Positions 1 to 11,000 of a stretch of DNA of 64,000 nucleotides are shown piece by piece. The position numbers and the translations under genes are program-made. A model generated the notes under the pieces. It did no database searches. It was not told where the DNA came from and was given only the letters and a program-made list of their open reading frames with translations. Numbering within the stretch: the first letter of the stretch is position 1; the number at the start of each line of letters is the position of its first letter. Source of the stretch: Takakia lepidozioides (lineage: Eukaryota; Plantae; Bryophyta); assembly GCA_030704615.1 (NCBI GenBank), contig CM060732.1, positions 29,636,001-29,700,000 of the forward strand, written 5' to 3'.

Positions 1-1457
1 GAGCGGTAACATCCTCAAATGCTCTAAAGACTTGGAAGTCGAGAGAGAGTACTATACAGAGACGGAGAGAGAGTACTATAGAGAGATCGACAGACATCCT
101 TTGATGATATGACCTGTAATCGTGCTGTGATAATGTCCTCAGGTCCAGCAACCTCAAAAGGAGGTCGTGCCACCAAAGAGGGTCCCACCACCAAAGAAGA
201 AGCCCCCACCAAAGACCGATGGGGACTGGATGGATTGACAGAACAACCCAAGAACTATAACTATTTTGGAATTTTCACGAGATCTTGGGAATGTGATCCG
301 TGCAGGATGTGTGAGGCAGAGACAATTGAGAAGACTTGTCAACGCACTAATTCTGACCCTATCACAAATAACTGAGGGTAGAACTCAACGATGTTCACGA
401 CGGTAGTTGATCAGCGATTGGTAGGTGTGAATGTCTGAGAGCCAACCTGGATTGCATTTTTGGGGCCTCACAACAAGGGCACGCATGTTGGGTGTGCTCA
501 TCTTGCCTTATCTCTTGACAAATACCTACTCAGTGCCCAAATTTCTCTATCTAAATGTGCTTCCACGACATTCATGCTTGCCGCGTCTAAACAGGTCTCC
601 ACAAACTGCGCATCCAGGGGGGAAGGTCCAGTAACGGAGTACACTCCTGGGTGGTGAGTAGTAAGGTATGTAGTTGCACAGTCGTCGGCAGTGTATTGGG
701 GCGTGCTCTGCTCTGCTCTGTTTTTTTTGGTGTGAGGTTGTAGGGACAGCAGCCCAAGTTGCCACATTACTCTCCTACATTACCTGAGCACGTGGGTGAC
801 GAGGCCTTATTAACTACCCCAGTCAAAACCAACAACAAGCAAAAGGCTCAGGGAGAGAGTGAGGGGACGTGGATGAGCAGTGTCTACTTAGGAAATAGAC
901 TGTAGACCAGCCAGCACCAGTTGTCTTGTTCATACCACGCAAGTGAGATGGCGGACGGGAGGAAGCTCCTGCGAAGCCTCTCTTGTGTGACCGGGGCGTG
1001 TGTACGACGGGGAAGCGTGAGAAGATGCACTGATGAGCGGGTTTTGTAGAGGGAAATTTCCGTGTTTGACTGCGCAAAGGCAGTGGCTGTGGATGTCGGA
1101 GCGATGGTATCGGAGTACGCTGGAGAGATAAGAGTCTCCGTGTTGCTGAAGGCGGAACTCATGCCCAGTGCTGAGTACAGTTGTTGTGGCATCTAGTGTC
1201 CGTCCTTATGCTACTTTGCAGAAGACCTGGTGTTGGCGAATGGGTGGCAGGGCCGCTTCTCTAGGAAGAACGTCACGGGCTTGAGTTTTTCGCCTGTCAG
1301 TCCGTTCTCTCTTAAAGAGTCTGCAGTGTGCAGTTGGTTGCTTCCCCGTGCGTAAAAACCGTGTAGACTAACGCACAGAAGGAGAGAAGACATACAGACT
1401 GGGGGACAGTTCTTCTGGGAGCTAAGGTGGGGAGAGATGGAAGAGAGAGGACACTAA

Positions 1458-3218
1458 ATGGGCAATACTTGTATTGGTGCAGCAAGTAAGACCGGCTTCT
1501 TCCAAGGCTTCTCACGGACCAATTCCTTTTCTTCGACAGCCACATGCAACGGTCAGCCCACGTCCACCTCCCAGGCGGAACTCCGTCACGACCGCACCAG
1601 CAACCCGATCAGTAGTCAAGGCTCCCCAAAGCGAGACCTTGAGCATCACACTACCCAGAAAACACCCCCCATTACTAACCACATTCAGCCTGTTGGGGCT
1701 GTCCATAACTACGAGCAGTTTAAAGAGGTGATTGAAGCCATGAAGAAAGGTGGGGAGGTGAAGGTGACACCAGGGCAAAGCCTGACTGCCGCAGTGCTTC
1801 AGCGGCAGACGGAGAATCTTAGGGACTTCTACACTCTTGGGAGGAAGCTTGGGCAGGGCCAGTTTGGTACCACTTACCTGTGCATTGAGAAGGCCACCAG
1901 CAAGGAGTATGCTTGCAAATCCATTGCCAAGCGAAAGCTCATTTCGCAAGAAGATGTAGATGATGTGCGACGGGAGCTGCACATCATGCATCACTTGTCG
2001 GGGCACCCCAACATTGTGACCATAAAGGGGGCTTATGAGGATGCGATATCGGTTCATCTAGTGATGGAGCTGTGTGCAGGGGGAGAGCTCTTTGATCGCA
2101 TCATACAGAGGGGGCATTACAGCGAGGCTCAAGCAGCCCAATTGACACGAACGATTGTGGGTGTGGTTGAGTCTTGCCATTCATTGGGAGTCATGCATCG
2201 GGACTTGAAGCCTGAAAACTTCCTTTTACTCAATAGGAATGAGGATGCAGCTCTTAAAGCTACCGATTTTGGTTTGTCTGTTTTCTTTAAGCCCGGCGAT
2301 GTGTTTACAGATGTGGTGGGAAGCCCCTACTACGTTGCCCCAGAGGTGCTTCGCAAGCACTATGGCCCTGAAGCGGATGTTTGGAGTGCCGGTGTGATCC
2401 TTTACATTCTTCTTAGCGGGGTTCCTCCTTTTTGGGCTGAGACAGAGCAAGGCATATTTGAGCAAGTGCTGAAGGGAGATTTGGACTTTGTATCCGATCC
2501 TTGGCCAAAGATCTCTGAGAGTGCTAAGGACTTGATCCGCAGGATGCTCAACCCGCACCCTGGAAAGCGTCTGAAAGCTCACCAAGTCCTGAGCCATGCA
2601 TGGATTCGTGAGGACGGGGTGGCACCAGACAAGCCTATTGACTCAGCCGTGCAGTCACGACTCAAACAGTTCTCAGCCATGAACAAACTGAAGAAGATTG
2701 CTATCCGAGTTATTGCAGAGAATCTGTCGGAAGAGGAGATTGCGGGCTTAAAAGAGATGTTCAAAATGATGGATACAGACAGCAGCGGTGCAATTAGTTT
2801 TGAGGAGCTGAAGGAGGGCCTAAAAAGAGTGGGCTCCAATCTTATGGAGGCAGACATCAGAACTCTCATGGATGCTGCTGATGTGGACCAGAATGGTACT
2901 ATAGACTATGGGGAATTCCTGGCCGCCACCCTACACCTGAACAAGATAGAGCGGGAGGAGAACTTGTTTACTGCCTTTTCATACCTCGACAAGGATAAAA
3001 GTGGCTACATCACCACTGATGAGCTGCAGCAAGCGTGCATTGAGTTCAACATGGGTGATTTATGTGTGGAGGATCTCATCCGGGAAGTTGACCAGGACAA
3101 TGATGGGCGCATAGACTACAATGAGTTTGTGACAATGATGCGCAAGGGCAATGGTGGTGTTGGGCGTTCTACCATGCGCAACAGCTTGAGCCTGTCTGAT
3201 GTGTTGATGGTGGGCTAG
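1458..3218 (+). CDS. CPK: Calcium-dependent protein kinase (CDPK/CPK), single coding exon, 586 aa
   Basis: Kinase motifs [26 protein letters not shown]. Junction [22 protein letters not shown], then four EF-hands ([48 protein letters not shown]). N-terminal MGNTC myristoylation/palmitoylation motif. Confidence 0.97.
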   Translation: MGNTCIGAASKTGFFQGFSRTNSFSSTATCNGQPTSTSQAELRHDRTSNPISSQGSPKRDLEHHTTQKTPPITNHIQPVGAVHNYEQFKEVIEAMKKGGEVKVTPGQSLTAAVLQRQTENLRDFYTLGRKLGQGQFGTTYLCIEKATSKEYACKSIAKRKLISQEDVDDVRRELHIMHHLSGHPNIVTIKGAYEDAISVHLVMELCAGGELFDRIIQRGHYSEAQAAQLTRTIVGVVESCHSLGVMHRDLKPENFLLLNRNEDAALKATDFGLSVFFKPGDVFTDVVGSPYYVAPEVLRKHYGPEADVWSAGVILYILLSGVPPFWAETEQGIFEQVLKGDLDFVSDPWPKISESAKDLIRRMLNPHPGKRLKAHQVLSHAWIREDGVAPDKPIDSAVQSRLKQFSAMNKLKKIAIRVIAENLSEEEIAGLKEMFKMMDTDSSGAISFEELKEGLKRVGSNLMEADIRTLMDAADVDQNGTIDYGEFLAATLHLNKIEREENLFTAFSYLDKDKSGYITTDELQQACIEFNMGDLCVEDLIREVDQDNDGRIDYNEFVTMMRKGNGGVGRSTMRNSLSLSDVLMVG

Positions 3219-4381
3219 GTCTCCTGCCTCTCCTCCCTGTCTCTTCTGGGCCCAGCTCTTCTGGTCCCTCTGAAAACCATGGACTGTTCTTGGGCTCATT
3301 CATGCTGATTGATATCCACAATGTGCAGTCCTTTGTCTTGTTAGTCTTGACCTGCAGGGTGGAAAATTTGGTCCCAAGAGGGATTCCAGTTGTATACTGT
3401 GAAGGTACCAAAACCCAATTTCGGGATTCCAGAGCATAATTGTTGGGTTAGGCTTTGTGGGGATAGTTAAAAGCTATCATAAATCAGAGCTGAATTTGTG
3501 GTAGTGGTGCTGCTTGGAAGGAGGAAAACTGCATTTCCAAATGGAAATTGGTGAAAGAGAGAGGCTGGACATTCAACTGCCTCTCCTACCACATTGTCTC
3601 TTTCAGGAAATCTGGACAGCATGTTGATGGATTTTGAGGGCAAGGGTAGGAAAGCTTTGGTGCAGTTGAGCACATTCTTAGCTTATCTTCGCGCCATATC
3701 TTCAGTTAAATTATGTAGGTATATTCTGTAACATACTTGCAGCATGTTTGCAGCCTTTACAATTCACTTACCTGTCTAGTTCATACATCAATTGCACAAC
3801 AGTTGTACATTACTGAGCAGTATGATAAATTTATGCTCACTGAACTAACAACGTGCTGCATCAGAACTATGATATTTGTAGGGTTAGAAAAGTAGGGATT
3901 GATCTTTTTGGGCTCCTCAATGAGGATCATGATAGTTGACCACCATCTTGTCAGTAAACAGGGTAACATTTTCTTGCTTCACAACTGTGCACATCAAGCA
4001 CTCCAATGACTGTAGAATAATTGTGACTGGTTGGGTTTAGGGTTTGGTTGGAACAACCTGAAGCATCCTCCCAACTGTTCTTTGTAATTTTACCACAGAC
4101 TACTAAGTTTTAGATTGGTAGTGTGCTCCTGGTCGGATTTTACAAACTTTTGGTTCAATTTACTGCTACAATGCCATACGGTTGATTCACAAGCACGGAG
4201 CAGTACCGAAATCTCTATTAATGGGCATCTCGCCCAGAATTTCTCAGATATTGAGCTTGATATCCTACGAGTCAGGTACTCTAGCAACGGGGCCACACTC
4301 TAGTTGTTGCATGTGGATGGTCTGAGCAGAGAAAGCACAAGTTCTGCCGTCAGACAAAGTAACTGTGCCCTGCTTTCAGAC

Positions 4382-4550
4382 AAAGTAAAGTAAAGTTTAT
4401 TTAACGTCCAGTGAAGTTGCAGAGCCTACTTCTCAACACACAGCCCATGGAGGGGCCAATGGGCGGTTGAAGGCACATGTTGAAGGATTGAACCCAGGAT
4501 CACCCAGGTTATGCACAGGCAAGGCACAAACACCCGGGATACCTCCTCAA
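4382..4550 (-). mobile_element. Probable tRNA-derived SINE
   Basis: Minus strand has a B-box-like GGTTCAATCC (4485-4494) and ends CTGGACGTTAAATAA(ACTTT)3. A near-identical 3' tail recurs at ~47441-47473. No clean TSD; the 5' boundary is approximate. Confidence 0.5.
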
Positions 4551-5087
4551 GTGCGAGGAAACAGACACTTCAGGAAACAGAGAAAAACAAAAACCATCAA
4601 CGTAGAGCAACTATAACTGCTACTTCCGTTTACTGCCTCAACACATACAGTTTCCCGTTACATAAGGTCCAATTTGGGATCGCTGTTAGTTAACGACGGG
4701 TTGTTGTGAGCAAGCAGAGTCTCCAGAGAGTGAAGGGCAGAGAGGAAGAGGAAGGAGTCGGGAAGAATTGGGTCCCACAAATGCCGCAATGGCGATGGAT
4801 TGCTGCAATGACCTCTGGTTGTAGGATCGAAATCCATTCTCAGAAGCTCACTGTAGTAGGTATTTAGATCACAAGTTTTCAAAAGTTCACTTCTGTGGGT
4901 TTTCTACTGAGATCAGACTTCCAGACGTTTGAGAGATCTATTGATTGATGGCAGGTTCATTGAACAATTTTTTTCATACGGGTACTTCTGTCCGTTCTAA
5001 GGTGGCACAAGGTTGGCAGATCTCGGATTTGGCTGGAGGTATGTGGATTTGTGACAGGTGCATACAGAAATCTTAGTTCTGTGAGTG

Positions 5088-8000
5088 ATGTCGCCCGCAG
5101 AAATATCGATGTCACCAATGCCTGTGTCAGCGGGTCACACATCAGTTGCTTCTCTCTTTGGAGATGATACGGATTCGGAACCATTGTGGTTCAAGAAAGA
5201 TGCATTTGCTCAAGCCAATTTTGACTCTGAAGCGTACATTGCCGATTTGAGGAGGTTTGTGCCCTTTGACACCTTGCGGGCGGAGCTCCGTAGTCACCTG
5301 GGAGGTCTGAAGAATGAGCTAGTGGAGCTCATCAACAGGGATTACACAGACTTTGTCAATCTCAGCACTAAGCTGGTAGATGTTGATGGGGCCGTGCTGC
5401 GCATGCGTATGCCCCTTAATGAGCTGAGACTGAAAATCGTTACTGCGAGAGAGAGCGTGAGTGCATCACTTGCTTCACTGCAAGATGGCCTGAAGCGGCG
5501 GGGTGAGGCATCAGCTTCACGAGAAATTCTTGAGCTTCTTTTGGATACCTCACACGTGGTTTCAAAGGTCTGATTGTTCCTGTCGTTGCCGTCCGTAACT
5601 TGTCAGACTTCAATCCCGTGTTTGCATCTTGAAAAAGAAGTCATTCCTTTAGTAATTTGTTTGCAACCAGGCGAATGTCATTTGCTTTGCCACATTAGGG
5701 TTCCATCTACGCCTCCCACCCCGGTCCTTCAAATTTCCCCCTGACCGTGACGAGGGATCGAAAAGGAATGACTAGTAGGCTCCTTTATCTAGTATGTTGA
5801 GATGTATCTTCTGTCACGGATTGAAAGGAAAGAGCCAAACTCAGGGGATCTGATACTAGGTGAATAATGGCTAAACTCATGTTGTGGGGCAAACATGCAG
5901 GTGGAGAAATTGCTACTTGAGCTACAGAGTATGCCTGAAGATGGTGCCCACCCTCCTCATAGAGATGCCAATGGAAGGGGCAAAGGGGCATACAACAATG
6001 ACTTGCTAGGGGCAGAGGCAAATGAGCATGGGGCCAGCCTGGAAGAATCTCGGAGCCGACTGCTGGAGCGAATAGCGAGTGAAATGAATCGCCTAAAATT
6101 TTATGTTGCACGTGCTCAGGTTCTCCCTCTCTCTCTCCCCTCCCTCTCTAATTGTTTCTACCAAGATAAGTCCCACCACTGGAGTGAGCTCCTCACAAAG
6201 GTAGTGTCTGTTCCCTCTTGTTCTCCGCAATCTGTGTGCAGGGTCGATGGCCACAAGGCTGTTGCAAACAATGTCTTATAAGTACGTTCACACACTCTCT
6301 CTCTCTCCGTGCCATTCCATAATGAGGAGGTCAAGGCTGAGTATGTCCAGGCCTTGCAAGAGGCTCTCCCTCATTTTGTCCAATCGCTCCAAGAACTTCA
6401 GTCTCGCTCTGACAACGCAAGAAATGAAGTCGAAAGAGCAGTGGACTCTTGGGAGAGTTTCGTTTCCTCCGTGGCTGACAAGATCATTGGGAGGAAACTA
6501 ATTGTCTGCGGTAGAGCTGTTAATTGGTAGAGTGCTGCAATTTGAAAACCAACAGAGAATTGTGGGCGAGGTACTACCAGCTCCGTAAAGATATCAATCA
6601 GCTTGTTCGGTCTCAGAAGAAATTATACTGGGACAAGTTATACAGTGAAATAAACTCAAACCACCATGGTGGTAATGACAAGAAATTCTGGTTGGCCCTT
6701 CAATGTTTGTACAAGCCGAAAAACGGTCAGCAAGTACAAGCGCTGAAGACTACTAAAGATGCAGTGGTGACTGCATCGGTTGACATTGTCAAAACCTTTG
6801 AAACTCACTACAGTATCCTTGGCAGAACTTCTAGGTCTAACAGTGAGGGTCTTCTGCTGAATGGAGGGACACAGTTGGAAAAACTGTTCCTATAATTCAA
6901 AACAGCCCTGATTAACTGGAGTATATTTCAATGGCTTATAACGCTCCCATTAGTTCTTCTGAGATTGTGGAAGCAATTGAACATTTAAATGGATATAAAG
7001 CTGGTGGACCTGATGGTATTGTCAACGAGCTTATCAAGCACGGTGGCGATCCCATGATAGAGGCCCTAGTTCTCCTCTTTAACCTTATCTGGAAGACGGA
7101 AATGATCCCCTTTTGCTGGCGACAGGGGGTCATTGTCAATCTATACAAGAAGGGTGACAGAGAAGAACCGGGGAACTACCGTGGCATCACGCTCCTCAAT
7201 GCTGTTGGCAAGACATTCTGCAGAGTTATAAGTCCTCGTCCCGAGGTTGATCTGGAGTCTAGAGGTTGTTTCCACGAAGGCCAAGCTGGCTTTCAGCGAA
7301 ACAGGGGCTGTGTGGATCATATCTTCACTCTAAGCCAGATTATCCACGGAAGGAAAAAAGAAGGGAAACCCACTTATGTTTTTTCCTGGATGTCAAAAAG
7401 GCTTATGACACAGTGTGGAGAGATGGCCTATGGTTCCGCCTCTGGTCTTGTGGGATCAAGGGAAAGATGTGGAGAGTTGTCCACAACTTGTATGCTCACA
7501 CCAAAAGCTGTGTCACTGTTAACGGACAGAAGTCCAACTTCTTTGACATAGACCAAGGGTAGCTCAAGGATGTACTCTCTCCCCTCTGCTCTTCAATGTT
7601 TTCATCAATCAACTCCTCGAGGATGTGGAAAGTGAGGGATTTGGGTTAAGGGTGGGTGATACCACCATACCTGCCCTTATGTTTGCGGATGACTTCATAG
7701 GGGAGACTCCAACCAATCTCCAGGAGTTGATTGATTGCGCGAAGAGATACTTTGATCTTTGGGGGCTAGAGGCTACTGTCAGCAAATGTGCAGTGGTAGC
7801 ATTCAACGACAGAGGAGAGGGAGGAAGTGATCTTAAGTGGCAGTGGGGTAGCCAAGAGATCCCGGTCCTCCCTTCCTACACTTACCTGGGCGTTGAGTTC
7901 TCCTCCAATTGTAATTGGATGCACGGATGCACATATCCGGAAAGTTGTTCAAACTGGCAAGGGCTCTGGGGCTCACTAAATTTTTCCACTGCAGAGGGGT

Positions 8001-11000
8001 CAACTCTGAGGTTAAGAAAACCATGCTTCGTCGTGTTATTAGACCTGCCTTGGAGAAGTCGTAGGGCAACTCCTTGACTAGTGGCGGTGTGGTAGATACC
8101 GTAGCCGGCACGGGAGCTCGTGAGGGAGCCATCAGTGTAATGCGAGTTGGCAGGTGGGTATCTAAGATGTAGTGATTGTACGGATCTGCAATATGGGTTG
8201 ATAACTCCAACCAGGCTAAGTCTCTAGAATCCATTCAAGTGGGGTGCTTAAGGAGTGTATGTCAGCATGCTCCAAAACAGCCAATGTGGCTGTTCGGGGT
8301 GAGTGAGTTTGGCATTCCGTCCTTAAGCTCCCGACGAGATGAATTCAAGGTCAGATGGTGGGTTCAGCTGCAACATATGTCCAACACCAGATATCGTAAG
8401 TTAATCGACTCTATATCTTGGAAACAGGACCGCCCTGTCAAACAGGCGAAGTCCTGGCAGAAGAGAGTAGAAGAGATTCTCAAGGACCTGGACCTGGATC
8501 CGCAAGTCTTTACCCTGCTGCATAAATCTGACTTAGAGGCTGTAGTATCCAAAGCCATGTCTGTTGCCATGAGATTGTCTGATGAAAATGAAGTTAGGCA
8601 GAAAACTTCCCTGAACTTGTTTCCAGTCAGTGACATGGGGGAGGACAATCTTGGATGACCTCAAGGTCTACCCACTCTCGGCACTAGACTGAAATTTAAA
8701 CTCAGGGCAGGAAGCCTACCTTTGAACAGCAAACAGAAGCAGGGAGGAAAGGGAGAGTGCAATTGCCCGTTGTGTGGGCAATCTGAAGACAGTATTCATT
8801 TCTGATACACTGTCGGGGTTCTCTCACCAAAGAGACGCGCTCTTCAAATCTATCAAGGGAATTGTGCCTGTACCCCTGTTTACCAACTTTGAAAGTCTCG
8901 AGGCTGAGCCAAAAGGCCAGGCCCTCCTGAGGCCTAGTTTTTGGGCAAATCACACACAGCAGATTGATGCTTGTGTGAAGGGATTTCTAGAGGATATCTG
9001 GAAAACCCGGATTAATTCTATATATGGAGGTAAGTCTTACTACCAACGTCAGCCCCTGACAGAGGAGGTTCTGTCCTTTTGTTCGTCTGGCGCTTTTGTT
9101 CTGGGCTCAACTGGGCGCGGGGTCAATGGCCACAAGGCTAGGGCAAACAACGTCTTATGAGTACAATCTCTCCGTGCCATGTTGTAGTTTCTCCTCACCG
9201 GACTAAGGAAGCCCAGATAGTACTTATTTGTCATATATGCATGTTTCCCATGCAGTAGTAGCATTTCTACTTCAACTCAAAAGTGCAGGGATGCAACAAG
9301 GTTGTGCAAGTGCTGCATGCATTTCGTATTGCTTTCCTGCTTTACTCACTGTATTCATATTTTTGACTTGATTCCAATTCAAAGTGTTGGTCCTGCCATT
9401 CAGCTGATTAGTAACATCTGGCTGAATTCTGGTCTCACTCAGCTGAAAGCCTGTGCTGTGGTTGCTGAGTTCAGACTACATTCTCAGTCTCTGCAGTCGA
9501 CTACTTAATCAAATCTCAAAAACTGTGTCTTCCTCTTGTTCACAGGATCTCCCATTTATTCAAACCATGGAGAAGCGAATTGCCAGTGCTGACATCTCAC
9601 TTCATGCCAGTTTGCGTCGCTGTTTTGAAGGAGGCCTGGATCGGCGTGATGAAACTGTTATATATCATTGCCTGCGTTCATATGCTGCTATTGATAATAC
9701 AGCAGGCGCAGAGGAGGCTTTCCGGTCAGCTGTGGTGGCCCAATTTGTACAAGATATTATACCTGCTAACCCAGCAAGAGATGCAGTTGTAGGCACTGGT
9801 GACCGGCTTGCTGAGGGTCTTGATGATGATGAAATAAAGGGTTACATTCAGACACAATGCAAATTCTTGTTGGACATTGCTGCAGCAGGTATCCATCCCC
9901 CATCCTTCTTTACGTTGTGTCAAGCCATGGGGACTGGTGGGACAAATACACAAGCATGGTCAACAGATTTTAACCACCTTCCTTTTTTCTTGGAGTGCAC
10001 CCTTGGATGGAGGTAGTCTCTAAAAGGAGTCTGAAGTATTTTGTAGAAGGGGCATTGGATGTGTTGAAACCCATCTCTGATTGTTTAAAGGGCATCCTTG
10101 TTGAGTTCTCACATTATGTGATGGGGAGTTTTCTTGTTGGTGATTACCAGCAAATTCTGGGCTGCATGTGTTTGACTTCCTGAGCAACTCAATCCTGAAG
10201 GAGGTCCATTCAGCAATACAGAAGGGAAAGCCTGGTGCATTTTCGCCTGGGAAACCTGCTGAATTTCTGGAGAACTACAAGTCCAGCTTAAAGTTCTTGA
10301 ACTTTTTGGAAGGTAACCTCAGTATCCTCTGCCTTGACCATCCTGTCTAAATTGTCAATGTCAAAAATAGTAACAAATCAACGGAAGGAAAGACTTCTGG
10401 CATTTTTAAGACGTTCTGCATCATAGGACAATACCAGTATCTGCAACCTTTCTAGAAAGTAATATGTTTGCAAACTGCTTGCATTGCAAAAAGACAAAAT
10501 CAAAGGTTGGGAAAGGTATGTTGCGGGTATTTCACTGTGGGAAACAAAGCTGGCTGACCCCTGTTTTCCATTACCTAAAGCATTTCTTGGGGAGGGGAGG
10601 TCCATATCTGAGAAAGATGGATTAAACTGAAGAAATGGTACAGAATGATGGAATGAAGGAATCCACAGACAATTGTGTCATCATGAGTTTTTTGTGCTGC
10701 AGGATATTGTCAATCACAAACTGCAGTGGTTGGGTTTCGTTCTCAAGTGGCATACATGGATTTCATGAAACAGTGGAATCTTGGGGTCTATTTCACTCTG
10801 CGGTAGGCTGCATTGCCCTTTCGACATGCCATTTCAAGCTATCCTTATCGCGAGATTGGATGGATGTACCTATACATTTGCACATTAAAGACCTAACTCA
10901 AGGTTGAAAGGAATTAGCAAAAGAAAGATGAAAGATGAAAAGTATGTAAAATGACTGCACTTTTGTGAAAGGAATTAGCCCAACAGAAAGATTAGAAAGA

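Noticed and set aside
1-420. Short duplications (GAGAGAGAGTACTATA x2, CCACCAAAGA x3), possibly an LTR or TE remnant
   Set aside because: No termini, PBS/PPT or protein motif visible, and the segment is cut by the window edge.
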